The translations under genes and the position numbers were made by a program. A stretch of 64,000 nt of DNA from Candidatus Latescibacterota bacterium (lineage in GTDB: Bacteria; Latescibacterota; UBA2968; UBA8231). Each line of letters opens with the position of its first letter. The first letter of the stretch is position 1. The stretch is from assembly GCA_965208105.1 (NCBI GenBank), contig OZ242318.1:2912001-2976000 (forward strand). The letters are read 5' to 3'. Below, one piece after another: positions 9,963 to 20,051 of the stretch. The notes under the pieces were generated by a model, which worked only from the letters and a program-made list of their open reading frames with translations, made no database searches and had not been told where the DNA came from.

Positions 9963-11396
9963 CTATGGCGATTCACCAGAGACAGGCTGGACCAGGGGCG
10001 GCCTGTGTGCCGACCAGGGCGCCAGGTCCTCGAACGCGGCGGCTGCGCGCAGCACCGTCAAATCGTCGCGCCAGCGTCCTGCGATCTGCAACCCTACCGG
10101 GAGGCCGCTCCTGGAAAATCCACAGGGAACCGTAGCCGCCGGCTGTCCGGTGACGTTGAAGGGATAGGTAAACTTGGTCCAGCCGAGATATGTGGTGGGT
10201 TGTCCACAAATCTCGGCTGGATGGTCGTCACCGGACGAAAAAGATGTCATGGGAAGAGTTGGGGTCAAAAACAGGTCGTATTTCTGCATAAAAATTCGCC
10301 ACCCCTCGTAGTAGTCGTTTCGACCTGCATACGCGGCGGCCAATTCCGCTGCAGAATAGGCATGCCCCTCTTCGATAACCGCCACGAGACCGGGGTCGAG
10401 GAGGTCGCGAACCTCATCGAAATCGCGAAGGTGAGCCCCTGCAAACGCGGAGGACCAGACCACGCGTACAATTGAATCCCAAGGATCCTCTAGATCGGGG
10501 TGGTCCTCCTCGACCCTACAGCCAAGTTCGTCGAACCGAGCCGCCGCCGCCGCTGCGATCTGGAGCACTTCGGCGTCTACTGGAGCATAACCCAGGTCGG
10601 CAGACCAGGCTACCCGCAGATTTCCGGCCCAACTCTTCAGATCTGCGCCGAAATCAGGACTCGAGGGCAAGGAGATGCGGTCGCGCGGGTCCGCCCCTGC
10701 CATGACGTCGAGAAAAAGGGCAGCATCCCGGACCGTGCGGGCGATAGGCCCCACATGGGAAAACTGCTCCACCAGGCTGGGCGGGTACTGGGGAACGAGA
10801 CCCCAGGACGGCTTCAACCCGAAAACGCCGCAGAAGGAGGACGGAATTCGAACGGAGCCGGCACCGTCAGTTCCCTGAGCCAGAGGACCCATTCCCGCGG
10901 CCACAGCCGCGGCGGCCCCGCCACTCGACCCACCAGCAGTACATCCATGTTTCCAGGGATTGTGGGTAGGCCCTGATACGCGGTTCCCGGAGTCCCCCTT
11001 CCATCCCCGTTCAGGAGTATTGGTCTTGCCCAATAATACCATACCCGCAGCATGGAGACGCTCGACAATGGGCGCGTCAAATTCTGGTACCCAGTCCCTG
11101 GAGAGCAGGGACCCTCGCGTGGTGCGGATGCCCTTGGTCGGAGTGAGATCCTTCAGAGAGACGGGTATGCCAGCCAGTTGGGGCGGGTTCTCTGTATTTC
11201 CGTAGGTCAATTCAGCGGCGCGGGCTTGCTTGAGGGCAATTTCCGGTGTAACCGTGACAAAGGCGTTGATGTTTGGATCGATTTGGTCTATGCGGCTCAA
11301 CACCGCCTTGGTCACTTCGACCGGCGATACCTCGCGGCGCTGGTAAAGTTTCCGTAAATCCCGGGCCGAAAGATAGCATAAATCAAGCGCGTCCAT
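9963..11396 (-). CDS. Amidase (GatA/amidase-signature family)
   Basis: KDL, GKTNTPE, GGSSGG, GTDGAGSVRIP; likely start MDALDL at 11396 (the longer ORF runs into the IS). Confidence 0.9.
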   Translation of the reverse strand: MDALDLCYLSARDLRKLYQRREVSPVEVTKAVLSRIDQIDPNINAFVTVTPEIALKQARAAELTYGNTENPPQLAGIPVSLKDLTPTKGIRTTRGSLLSRDWVPEFDAPIVERLHAAGMVLLGKTNTPERGWKGDSGNRVSGPTHNPWKHGCTAGGSSGGAAAAVAAGMGPLAQGTDGAGSVRIPSSFCGVFGLKPSWGLVPQYPPSLVEQFSHVGPIARTVRDAALFLDVMAGADPRDRISLPSSPDFGADLKSWAGNLRVAWSADLGYAPVDAEVLQIAAAAAARFDELGCRVEEDHPDLEDPWDSIVRVVWSSAFAGAHLRDFDEVRDLLDPGLVAVIEEGHAYSAAELAAAYAGRNDYYEGWRIFMQKYDLFLTPTLPMTSFSSGDDHPAEICGQPTTYLGWTKFTYPFNVTGQPAATVPCGFSRSGLPVGLQIAGRWRDDLTVLRAAAAFEDLAPWSAHRPPLVQPVSGESP

Positions 11397-11532
11397 GTTC
11401 AAAACCGGCTCTATCCTAGACCTTATGTATTGACGGAGATATGAAAGACCTCCTCCGACTCGGTTGTCGGGGGTTATCTTTGGGAAAACGGAGTTCACCC
11501 AAAGACCTATCCCCAGCGAGAAGGAGGGGGCC

Positions 11533-12671
11533 ATGCGTAAATCTACGAAATTCGTCGCCTTGGACATAAATAAAGATTTGATAACCGTTGCGCTTAACTG
11601 CGAGGACCTCCAAGGGCCGGACCTGTATGGAACGATACCGTCTACGGGCGCCGCGTTGTCCAAGCTGGCGGGCCAACTGGCCAGCCCGGAGACGTCGTTG
11701 CGGTTTTGCTACGAGGACGTACCCTGCGGCTACGGCGTCTACCGTCAGCTCCAGACCCTGGGGCACGCCTGCACGGTGGTGGCGCCCTCGCTGATTCCGC
11801 GGCGGCCGGGCGACCGCATCAAAACCGACCGGCGCGATGCGCGGTCTCTGGTGCGGTTTTTCCAACACGGAGAGTTGACCCCCGTGTGGGTGCCCGACGA
11901 AGCGCAGGAGGCGATGCGTGACCTGGAGCGCTGCCGGGAAGACTTCAAGCACGCCGAGCGCCGCGTGCGCCAGCGGCTGAACAGCTTCTTGCAGCGCCAC
12001 GGCCGGATCTACTCCGGGCGCAGTCGCTGGACCCAAGCCCACTTTCGCTGGCTGGAGACCCAGCGCTTCGATCATCCGGCCCAGCAGATCGTCTTTCAGG
12101 AATACGTGGACGCGGTACAGGAAGCCCAAAGTCGGATCCAGGGGTTGGACCAGGCGCTGCAGCAGGCGCTGGAGGGATGGTCTTTGGAAGGGGAGACGCG
12201 GGCTATGAGGGCACTGCGCGGGGTAGACACACTCACCGCGGTTAGACCCTGGCCGAGTTGGGGGACCTCACCCGCTTCGACTCTCCGCGCCAACTGATGG
12301 CCTTCGTCGGTCTGGTCCCCAGCAAGCATTCCAGCGGCTCCCGGCAGCAGCGAGGGGCGATCACCAAGGCGGGCAACGCCCACGTGCGGCGCGTGCTGGT
12401 GGAAGCCGCCTGGTGCTATCGATTTCCCGCCCGCAAGACGGCCGCCTTGCAACGACGCGCCGAACAGACCGCACCCGCCATACAGGCCATCGCCTGGAAG
12501 GCACAGAAATGCCTGTGTGGACGCTATCGGCGGCTGAGTGGGCGAGGGATGCCGAAGAACAAAGTCTGCACCGCGATCAGGTGGGAGCTTTTGGGTTTCA
12601 TCTGGGCCATCGCCTGGAAGCAGAAACGCCCCGGCCGCCTCGTGGCCAGGAGACCTCGGATCGCCGCCTGA
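11533..12671 (+). pseudogene. IS110-family DEDD transposase/recombinase, frameshifted near 12240-12260
   Basis: VALDINK, CYE and KTDRRDA in ORF 11464..12297; GDLTRFDSPRQLMAFVGLVPSKHSSG and GAITKAGN continue in ORF 12258..12671; AAGGAGG RBS before ATG 11533. Confidence 0.9.
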
Positions 12672-12719
12672 TAAGCTCATCGTCTCAGAAGCCGGCATAG
12701 GACCTTTGCTCATGTAAAT

Positions 12720-12895
12720 CGAAACGGGACAGAAGGGACCGGTCAGGAGAATCCTCGAAGACACTATGAGGCGCCTTTTCAGGCTGACCCTCGACCATAG
12801 ACTGAGGCCGCTCCGCGACGCACCCAGGACAGGCGGTAGCCAACCCGCGAATATCAGTCGGATCAACCGTCGCTACAGCGTCCCTTCTGTTGCCG
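12720..12895 (+). ncRNA. Putative bridge/seek RNA of the IS110 element
   Basis: Closing stem ACAGAAGGGAC (12729-12739)/GTCCCTTCTGT (12880-12890); internal loops contain GACACTA (complement of the target) and ATATCAG (identical to the donor end). Confidence 0.65.
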
Positions 12896-12965
12896 AACAA
12901 ACTCATGCAAAGATAACACCCGAAATGACCACCCCGGAGGGGGTTGACAACCGTCAATACATATC

Positions 12966-13131
12966 AGTGTCCCGTCGCAGAGATAGGTTGACGAAATTGG
13001 GCCGCCGAGGCGCCAGGCTCACAAGGCCCCTGAGCGAGTCGTACCAGTGGTGTACGGCGAGTGAAGGCAACGCCGTGAGCCGGGATGGATCGGCGGGAAA
13101 ATGGCGACATATTTCTGCGACGGGACACTAG
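12966..13131. repeat. ~165-bp MITE-like element with terminal inverted repeats
   Basis: AGTGTCCCGTCGCAGAGATA (12966-12985) vs TATTTCTGCGACGGGACACT (13110-13129), 19/20 inverted match; CTAG at the right end, also restored at the left end when the IS is removed. Confidence 0.7.
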
Positions 13132-13245
13132 ATCGGGGTTATGGATCGGGGCAAATGGCACCTGATAATGACCTGGCAGGGGAAGGCAAAGCCTTTCCAA
13201 TTCCTGGGCCCGACTCACCGAAGGGCCACATCCGGTCACCGGTGT

Positions 13246-13860
13246 CTAACGAACAAAGACCTCGAAATCGTAGAAGCGGTTCACCCCTTCGCATCCCGTG
13301 ATACCAGCGTACCTCGCTCGAGGAAGCGTCTCCAACCAGCATCCTGTTTCGCGGTCTCCCACCCGCATCCTCAATTCTCGGCCCTTGCGCTCTACTTCGA
13401 GCACGTGCCGCGTCTTTGGTCTCAGCTCAAACCGCGAATAGGCCGCCCTGACCCAGACCGGCCTTCCTTGCAGGTAGACATGGCGCCAGAGGTTTATCCC
13501 CTGGTCGAAGATGACAACCTCGAAGTGTTCGCGGTACTCGAGCCTCCCCTTGGGGTCGACACCCGGCTCAGCGGCCAGAACGACAAGCGGAGCCATGCGG
13601 TAGTCGAAAGAAGTGGTGACCCGCACGACCACATCCTCGGGCAATTCTTCCCGGCAGAGCATGCTGGCATAAGTTTCGGGTGCGCGCGAGCCGGTGGAAA
13701 TCAGATCCTCAGGACCGGCATCCTTCGGAACCTGGTTGCAGATATGGTCGTCTTGTTGTTCCCAAGACCCCATCCAATCCCAACGCGCACTCTTGACAAG
13801 CATCCAGTCATTCGGGTGCCAGCCTCCGGGAGCAAAGCTGCAGGCTTGGAGGATCCGCAT
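13246..13860 (-). CDS. Hypothetical protein, possible ConA/LamG-like beta-sandwich
   Basis: 204-aa ORF co-oriented with neighbours; beta-rich, ends YAGITGCEGVNRFYDF. Confidence 0.55.
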   Translation of the reverse strand: MRILQACSFAPGGWHPNDWMLVKSARWDWMGSWEQQDDHICNQVPKDAGPEDLISTGSRAPETYASMLCREELPEDVVVRVTTSFDYRMAPLVVLAAEPGVDPKGRLEYREHFEVVIFDQGINLWRHVYLQGRPVWVRAAYSRFELRPKTRHVLEVERKGRELRMRVGDRETGCWLETLPRARYAGITGCEGVNRFYDFEVFVR

Positions 13861-13872
13861 TGCGCCGAAGAC

Positions 13873-14358
13873 TCAACTCTGTTTGCCCGATGAAGAATCA
13901 GGCGAGGGTGTTGGATCGGTTTTACCCCCGAGTATCCCCGGCCAGTTCTCATCCGCCTGGCGGATCATGTTATCTCGGTCTGCTTCCCACCGCGATCGTA
14001 TCTTCAAGTTGAAATTAAGGTACAGTTTTCCATCTGCGATCGACCATGCCTCCGGCCTGATTCCGGCGACGCGGCCGCGGCTTACGGCGTACGCACAATA
14101 GCCGCCGTACTGCGGTGCAAAAGACAGGGGACTTTGCACAAACCGGCTGCGGTTTTCTGCGCTCGCGAAAAACCACTTGGCACCTTTCCACTCGAACTCG
14201 AATTCGGGAGAACCTCGCACTGGTTTGGATTCTGTGAAGTAGGCCACCGGATCATAGCCATCAATGGCCAACCTGGTAGCGAATACAGGATCTATTGCCT
14301 GGGCCATTGTCACATTGAGCATGACAATGGCAACAAATGCAAGAACCATGGACCTCAT
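13873..14358 (-). CDS. Secreted YHS-domain protein
   Basis: Signal peptide; AIDGYDPVAYF, FASAENR, PQYGGYCAY and DGKLYLNF motifs. Confidence 0.88.
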   Translation of the reverse strand: MRSMVLAFVAIVMLNVTMAQAIDPVFATRLAIDGYDPVAYFTESKPVRGSPEFEFEWKGAKWFFASAENRSRFVQSPLSFAPQYGGYCAYAVSRGRVAGIRPEAWSIADGKLYLNFNLKIRSRWEADRDNMIRQADENWPGILGGKTDPTPSPDSSSGKQS

Positions 14359-14528
14359 AGGGAACCCTCCAGAAGAGGAGCGCAGTGTATATTAACGCCG
14401 GGATTGTATTATTCCGGAGCAACAGGCAAAGCCCGCGGCGCATGGGACGTCACCACGCCTGATGGCCTGAAGTGACAATCCGGACTGGACATGGGCGTGC
14501 CTTTTCACGGCGACAATCCCGAACCGGC

Positions 14529-15338
14529 TCACAGGTGGACCTTCTGTCCAGCCAGGTGCTTCTTAATGGGAGCTATATCCTCGCGGCTGGACAGATCCAG
14601 CACTGGAGCAGCAAAACAAAGAGCGCGGAAACTTTGTCCTGTTTCATCTATGCAGTACTGAACCGCATCCGTGATCTCCAACTCACCCCGGGACGAGGGC
14701 GGAACGGCAGCGCACGCGGGAAAGATTTCAGGATCAAATCGCCAGCAGTTCATACTGACCCAGTTGGCTCTGGAGGAATGGTTTAAAAAATTCGGCTCAG
14801 GTTTTTCCCGGATCCGGCTCAAATAGCCATCCGGGTCGATGAGGGCAATGGCGAATTTGGCCAATCTGTCTTCCGAGATATTGCTCATTTCCACCATGCT
14901 GCCGCGGTCGAACACGGCCAGTCCAGGTCCACTCAGTTGGCGCAGAGCTTTGAGGGCTTCGACCGGATAATGGTTGTCGGAGTTGATCGCCAGGAAAGAA
15001 CATCCGTCCACGAACCTTTCTGCAGCAGCAACCGCGTCAGCCGTACCCAGGGGTTCTTCCTGAACTGCAAAATCGATTTCCAGGCGCTCCAGGGCAACCG
15101 TCCGGGAGTAGTAGCGGCGCAGTTCGTCGTGCTCCGGTCCGATGACCAGACATACGCGTCGATATCCGGAATCGGCCAGGCTGCTGAGCACGTAGTCCAG
15201 AAATGGCCGGCCTACGGGCATCAGGGCCTTGATCCCGGCAGCGGCCATCCTTTTCTCTTCCGAGCCTAAATTCAGCCCGGAATCCTCCTTGCGCATGCGC
15301 GTGCCCAATCCCCGGGCTAATATGACGGCCTTGTCCAC
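14529..15338 (-). CDS. Sugar-phosphate nucleotidyltransferase (RmlA-like)
   Basis: AVILARGLGTRM, QEEPLGTADAV, EKP and RGELEITDAV motifs. Confidence 0.85.
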   Translation of the reverse strand: MDKAVILARGLGTRMRKEDSGLNLGSEEKRMAAAGIKALMPVGRPFLDYVLSSLADSGYRRVCLVIGPEHDELRRYYSRTVALERLEIDFAVQEEPLGTADAVAAAERFVDGCSFLAINSDNHYPVEALKALRQLSGPGLAVFDRGSMVEMSNISEDRLAKFAIALIDPDGYLSRIREKPEPNFLNHSSRANWVSMNCWRFDPEIFPACAAVPPSSRGELEITDAVQYCIDETGQSFRALCFAAPVLDLSSREDIAPIKKHLAGQKVHL

Positions 15339-15409
15339 CTTCCTACTTTCGATAGGGAGCGGCCTTCAGATCAATGGAATCTGCAAATCGGTCTTTGGGC
15401 GCGATTGAA

Positions 15410-16099
15410 TCAATCCTGGCGATATCTCTTCGGCGAAATTCCAACCTGCCGGCGGAAGGTTTCACAGAATCGGCGCTGATTCTTGAATCCACACATTTCC
15501 GCAATCTGGTACATTGTCAGGTCGGTAGAGGTAAGCAGGTGCTTGGCTTTCTCTATCCGGTAGTAGTTCAAGCGCCGGCGAAAGGTGGTTCCCATCTGGC
15601 CCTGGAACAGACGAGACGCATATCCCACTGAGATCCGAAAATGCCTGCAGAGTTCCTTCAGGCTCAGTGAGGGTTCGCTGGCGTGTTCCCTCGCAAACAC
15701 GTCCATCCGGCTTGCCAGCACGCTCTGGGTTGGGCGACGGCGGTCCAGAAGCCGGCCAATTGCCCCTACAATCTCCGCTTCGTAAGCAGGTTTGGTTAGA
15801 AAATCCCGGGCGCCAATCTTCATCGCTCTGACGGCCAATTCGACGCTGGCATCTCCGCATAAAATCACCACATCCGTCTGCATTCGTTTCTGTCGCACCC
15901 TCTCGAGTATCTCAATACCGCCGTAGTAGGGCATCTTCACTCCCAGAATGGCTACGTCAAAAGATGATTCATATAGCAATTTCAAAGCCTTGCCACCATC
16001 GCTCGTCGTGGTTACGCGCCAACCTTTTTCTCTCAAAGTCTTGCTCAAAGAGGCACAAATTAATTCGTTTTCATCTGCCAGTAGAATTCGGGAAATCAT
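15410..16099 (-). CDS. Response regulator (REC + AraC HTH) with atypical receiver
   Basis: ILLADEN...GARDFLTKP receiver and RIEKAKHLL...IAEMCGF...FRRQVGISP AraC domain; likely start 16099. Confidence 0.85.
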   Translation of the reverse strand: MISRILLADENELICASLSKTLREKGWRVTTTSDGGKALKLLYESSFDVAILGVKMPYYGGIEILERVRQKRMQTDVVILCGDASVELAVRAMKIGARDFLTKPAYEAEIVGAIGRLLDRRRPTQSVLASRMDVFAREHASEPSLSLKELCRHFRISVGYASRLFQGQMGTTFRRRLNYYRIEKAKHLLTSTDLTMYQIAEMCGFKNQRRFCETFRRQVGISPKRYRQD

Positions 16100-16574
16100 G
16101 CCAAATACTCCATTCTTTAATGAATCTGAAAATATCAAATCCTGTCTTATTTCATGGACCTGGCCATTGGCTACAGACTGCAAATCCCGTACCAAATTGG
16201 CCTGAAATAAACTCCAGAAATTTCGGTCCCGATATGTCTATCTGGAGCCCTGGCAGGGTTGGCGCAGGGGGAAGCAGGACGACAATGTAAAATATGCACA
16301 CTTGAAAGTCAAGGAGAATGTTATTCCCCTCGTGCCTCTGCAAGAACGTCCGATCGCCAACAGAAAACTTCAATTTAACTATCTCATTAATATATACTTA
16401 TAAATAAAATCCGTGACGCTCAACTCCCTTGCCCTAAGCGCCCGTGATGCGTGGGCGAAGTAATTGCAAATTTGAATTTTTTACACTTCGAGCCATGGAG
16501 GTGTATGCATTGCCCTGGGTAGAAGGGGCAGGTGATAATTTGTCGATTTTTTCTTCCACACCACCAAAGAATCC

Positions 16575-17150
16575 GTGATTGTCGAAAAATTGAAGCAAGA
16601 CATAGTGTTTAAAGAAACCCTGCGCGGACACTCGATGGAATTCCACTCGACCTGGGGGCTGTTCAACCCCAGGCACGTGGACGAAGGCTCCCGCCTGCTG
16701 ATCGACCAGCTGACCGTGCGGCCCGACCACCGAAGCCTGGACATCGGTTGCGGCTACGGTCCCATAGGGTTGACCCTTGCCCGACTTTGTCCACAGGGTG
16801 AAGTCCACATGATAGACAAAGACTTCGTGGCGGTAGAGTTCGCCCGGAAAAATGCATCCATCAACCGTATTTTCAATTGCCATGTCTATCTCAGCAACGC
16901 CTTCAGCTGCGTACCCGATATCCGATTCCACAACATCGTCACCAACCTGCCAGCCAACTCAGGCAACGAGATGCTTTCAATTATCCTGCACGACGCCTGG
17001 GCTCACTTGGAGATAGGTGGCCAACTGTACGTGGTCACCATCTCCCGGCTCAAAGGGTTTATAGGACGCAATCTCAGGGTGATATTCGGCAACTACGAGA
17101 AGGTGAAGCAGGGCAGGGATCATACCGTAGCCCGGGCAGTTAAAGAATAA
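16575..17150 (+). CDS. RsmC-like small class I methyltransferase (MTS domain)
   Basis: GLFNPRHVDEGSRLL, LDIGCGYGPIG and IVTNLP motifs. Confidence 0.85.
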   Translation: MIVEKLKQDIVFKETLRGHSMEFHSTWGLFNPRHVDEGSRLLIDQLTVRPDHRSLDIGCGYGPIGLTLARLCPQGEVHMIDKDFVAVEFARKNASINRIFNCHVYLSNAFSCVPDIRFHNIVTNLPANSGNEMLSIILHDAWAHLEIGGQLYVVTISRLKGFIGRNLRVIFGNYEKVKQGRDHTVARAVKE

Positions 17151-17339
17151 GCTTGCAGTTGACTCGATTCATATGCACTTCAATAAATTGTGCCTGGAGT
17201 AGCTGCATGCTAAATTACTTCCCTGTATTTCCCCATTGAACCCTTTCTGTCATTTGGTGGCAGGAAATAGTTGCGCTTGCAGACCCACAATCCACCAGAC
17301 TAATTCAGAATCGAATACACTGGAATTCCGTTACGCATA

Positions 17340-18464
17340 ATGCCGCTTGGGAAAACACTCAAAGCACTTCGCCAGAAACGCGGACTGAATCAGAAAAGCC
17401 TGTCCCTCCTTTCCGGTGTTTCCCAGGCGACCATATCGCGCATAGAAATCGGTCGCGTCCGCCAATTGCGCTCCAGGGCCCTCAAGAGCCTGGCCGACGC
17501 CTTGAATGTCTCCGTCGACTTTCTCATGGGTGATAATGAGGTCTTCGCTTCCAACCCCGATGCTGAGGTCTCGTATTTCATCCCGAAAATAAAAGAGGGC
17601 CGATTCCACCAAATCGCTGATGTCCTCGACCCTTTTGCCATTCTGGAGCATGGCCGTTTTCTCTATGTCAACCAAGCCTTTGCTGACATGGTTGATTTTT
17701 CCCAGGAAGAGCTCCTCGCGAAAAACAGCATTGAGCGAATCATCCTTCCGGAGTCCCGTGCACTTGTTCGGCATATGATCGCCAACAACGCTTCGGAAGT
17801 CTGCGAGGTCCTTCTGATGCGCCGTAATGGCACGAGATTTCCAGTTGAAATCTCGTCGAAAAACATCGCTGGAAACATCCACATCGGCATAGTCCGCGAC
17901 ATCACCGCGCGGCGTTACCAGCAGGCTGTCGGCCGCCTGCAACACGCTGGCCTTGAAATCAAAACGCCTGACGAAATGGGCAAAATGGTCCGCATTATGG
18001 CCGACGAACTTGAAGACACGGGCCTGGTCTTTGAAAGCGTGGGAATCAATGTCATAGATGAAATGGCCGACCGTCTCACAATATTCACCGCATACTCCGA
18101 GTCCGAAGGCTACCAGTCAACTCACAATTCTCTGGATTTGCGCCACGCCTTGGATTCCCAATCTGCCATTCGGGGACTTTTGAGTCACTGGCACCGCGAC
18201 AAGATTTGGGAACGGGAAACGGATGAAGAACCTGATCGGATTCCGGGGATGCTTGTCGACGTGCCCTTTGAACAGGGCACCATACGGCTGGGACTTCCCC
18301 CGGACAGCCCAGCGCGCAACCCCGAACTCACCTCGTTTCTGCTGGAATTATCAAAGCCTGTCTCCTCCACCCTCAAGCGGCTTCAGGAAATCGAGGTGCT
18401 GACCCGGAAGCTTAAACGCGCTCGCGCTGAGATCCAGGGGCTTTACCAAAATTCGCAGGAATAG
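17340..18464 (+). CDS. XRE-family HTH regulator with PAS domain and C-terminal GAF-like region
   Basis: LGKTLKALRQKRGLNQ...VSQATISRIE HTH; YVNQAFADM...RRNGTRFPVEIS...VRDIT PAS domain. Confidence 0.8.
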   Translation: MPLGKTLKALRQKRGLNQKSLSLLSGVSQATISRIEIGRVRQLRSRALKSLADALNVSVDFLMGDNEVFASNPDAEVSYFIPKIKEGRFHQIADVLDPFAILEHGRFLYVNQAFADMVDFSQEELLAKNSIERIILPESRALVRHMIANNASEVCEVLLMRRNGTRFPVEISSKNIAGNIHIGIVRDITARRYQQAVGRLQHAGLEIKTPDEMGKMVRIMADELEDTGLVFESVGINVIDEMADRLTIFTAYSESEGYQSTHNSLDLRHALDSQSAIRGLLSHWHRDKIWERETDEEPDRIPGMLVDVPFEQGTIRLGLPPDSPARNPELTSFLLELSKPVSSTLKRLQEIEVLTRKLKRARAEIQGLYQNSQE

Positions 18465-18524
18465 TTGATCATTTTTACCCTGCCAACCGATCTTCCTGGC
18501 ACTCCAGGCCCGGGTTCATCCTGA

Positions 18525-19916
18525 TCATCCTCCCGGCCCCACCATCTTATCCGGCCTCACGATTTCGTCAAACTTCTCCGCCTCCAGTAGTCCCAGGTCA
18601 ACAGCCGCTTCCCGTAGCGTCTTGTTTTCGCGGAAAGCCTTTTTTGCCACCATGGCCGCATTATCATAGCCAAGGTGGGGATTCAAAGCAGTCACCAGCA
18701 TCAGAGACTCCTCCACGTGCTGCTGGATACGCTGGCGATGAGGCTCAATCCCAGTCGCGCAGTTTTCATTAAAGCTGCAGCAGCCATCCGCCAACAGCCT
18801 TACCGAACTCAATACATTGTGGATCATCACCGGCTTGAATACGTTCAGCTGGAAATTACCCGAAGAGCCGGCAATTCCCACGGCAACATCGTTCCCCATG
18901 ACCTGCACACAGACCATGGTCAGAGCTTCGCACTGGGTGGGATTGACTTTCCCCGGCATGATCGAGGACCCCGGCTCATTTTCGGGGAGGATGATCTCGC
19001 CAATACCACATCGGGGACCCGAAGCCAACCAGCGCACATCGTTGGCGATCTTGATCAGGGAGGCCGCCAGGGTTTTAAGGTGGCCGCTCGCCTCCACCAG
19101 CGCGTCATGGGCGCTGAGTGCTTCGAACTTGTTTGTCGCGGAGTAAAAGGGCATCCGGGTCAGCTCTGCAATCTTTTTGGCCACCTTGTCCGCGTAACCC
19201 CCGGGGCTATTCAGGCCCGTGCCAACCGCTGTGCCCCCCACGGCCAGGGCACAAAGCGGCCCCAGAGCCGACTCCATCCTGCGCTTGCCCTGGCGCAACT
19301 GTTCGGCGTAGCCCGAAAACTCCTGCCCCATGGTCAGGGGCGTGGCGTCCTGCAGGTGCGTGCGGCCAATCTTGATGACCTTCTCAAAGGCGTTGGCCTT
19401 CTCCTCGAAGGTCGTGGTCAGTTCTCCCAGCGCTGGGAGAAGCTGGCGGGCAATGGCCTCCACTGCCGCAACGTACATGGCTGTTGGAAAGACGTCGTTG
19501 GAGGACTGCGAGCAATTGACGTGATCATTGGGATGCACTGGCTGCTTGGACCCCAGCTCGCCGCCGGCGAGTTCGATGGCGCGGTTGGAAATAACTTCGT
19601 TGACATTCATATTGGTCTGAGTGCCGCTACCCGTCTGCCAGACCACCAGGGGGAAATGGTCGTCCCACTTGCCGGAAATCACCTCGTCCGCCGCCATTAC
19701 TATCAGCCGGACGGTCTCAGGATCAAGGACACCCAATTCCCCGTTTACCTGTGCAGCCGCCTTTTTGACCAGACCCAATGCACGAATCATACCTCGTGGA
19801 AAGCGGTCATCCCCAATGCGGAAATTCTCAAGCGACCGCTGGGTCTGAGCTCCGTAGTAGCGATCTGCCGGCACGTCAATCCTGCCCATGCTGTCCGATT
19901 CCGTTCGCATGCCCAT
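18525..19916 (-). CDS. fumC: Class II fumarate hydratase
   Basis: [30 protein letters not shown] and [15 protein letters not shown] signature. Confidence 0.97.
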   Translation of the reverse strand: MGMRTESDSMGRIDVPADRYYGAQTQRSLENFRIGDDRFPRGMIRALGLVKKAAAQVNGELGVLDPETVRLIVMAADEVISGKWDDHFPLVVWQTGSGTQTNMNVNEVISNRAIELAGGELGSKQPVHPNDHVNCSQSSNDVFPTAMYVAAVEAIARQLLPALGELTTTFEEKANAFEKVIKIGRTHLQDATPLTMGQEFSGYAEQLRQGKRRMESALGPLCALAVGGTAVGTGLNSPGGYADKVAKKIAELTRMPFYSATNKFEALSAHDALVEASGHLKTLAASLIKIANDVRWLASGPRCGIGEIILPENEPGSSIMPGKVNPTQCEALTMVCVQVMGNDVAVGIAGSSGNFQLNVFKPVMIHNVLSSVRLLADGCCSFNENCATGIEPHRQRIQQHVEESLMLVTALNPHLGYDNAAMVAKKAFRENKTLREAAVDLGLLEAEKFDEIVRPDKMVGPGG

Positions 19917-20051
19917 CTCTGGTCTCCTGTTCTATCCCTCACTTTTCGATTGCGAAAGTCCCTTATTTTGCGCCAAGGCCCAGTTGAACCAATCGCCTGA
20001 TCCCGACTCTCCTCGGAAGGATCTCCATCCAAAATCTTGCAGAACCCGGTA

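Larger units (their letters stand above)
11418..12967 (+). mobile_element. IS110-family (IS1111-type) insertion sequence
   Basis: Perfect 13-bp subterminal IRs TATGTATTGACGG (11424-11436) and CCGTCAATACATA (12951-12963); AG core at both ends; TTGACA at 12944-12949; ~290-bp downstream non-coding region. Confidence 0.85.

Noticed and set aside
9963-11663. 566-aa amidase with long N-terminal extension
   Set aside because: The extension is read-through into the IS110 left end; the real start is probably 11396
11412-12965. Alternative IS110 boundary using a TATC repeat (would give a TTGACA-17-TAGACC junction promoter)
   Set aside because: Disfavoured, not excluded: the AG core restores the MITE CTAG end, matches both RNA guides and gives 10-nt IR spacing
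13873-14358. Selenoprotein form of the YHS protein
   Set aside because: The motif position is Cys (GGYCAY) and there is no in-frame TGA
2116-20000. Long + strand ORFs 2116..3456, 7487..8704 and 18675..20000
   Set aside because: Antisense shadows of well-supported minus-strand genes in GC-rich DNA; no recognisable motifs
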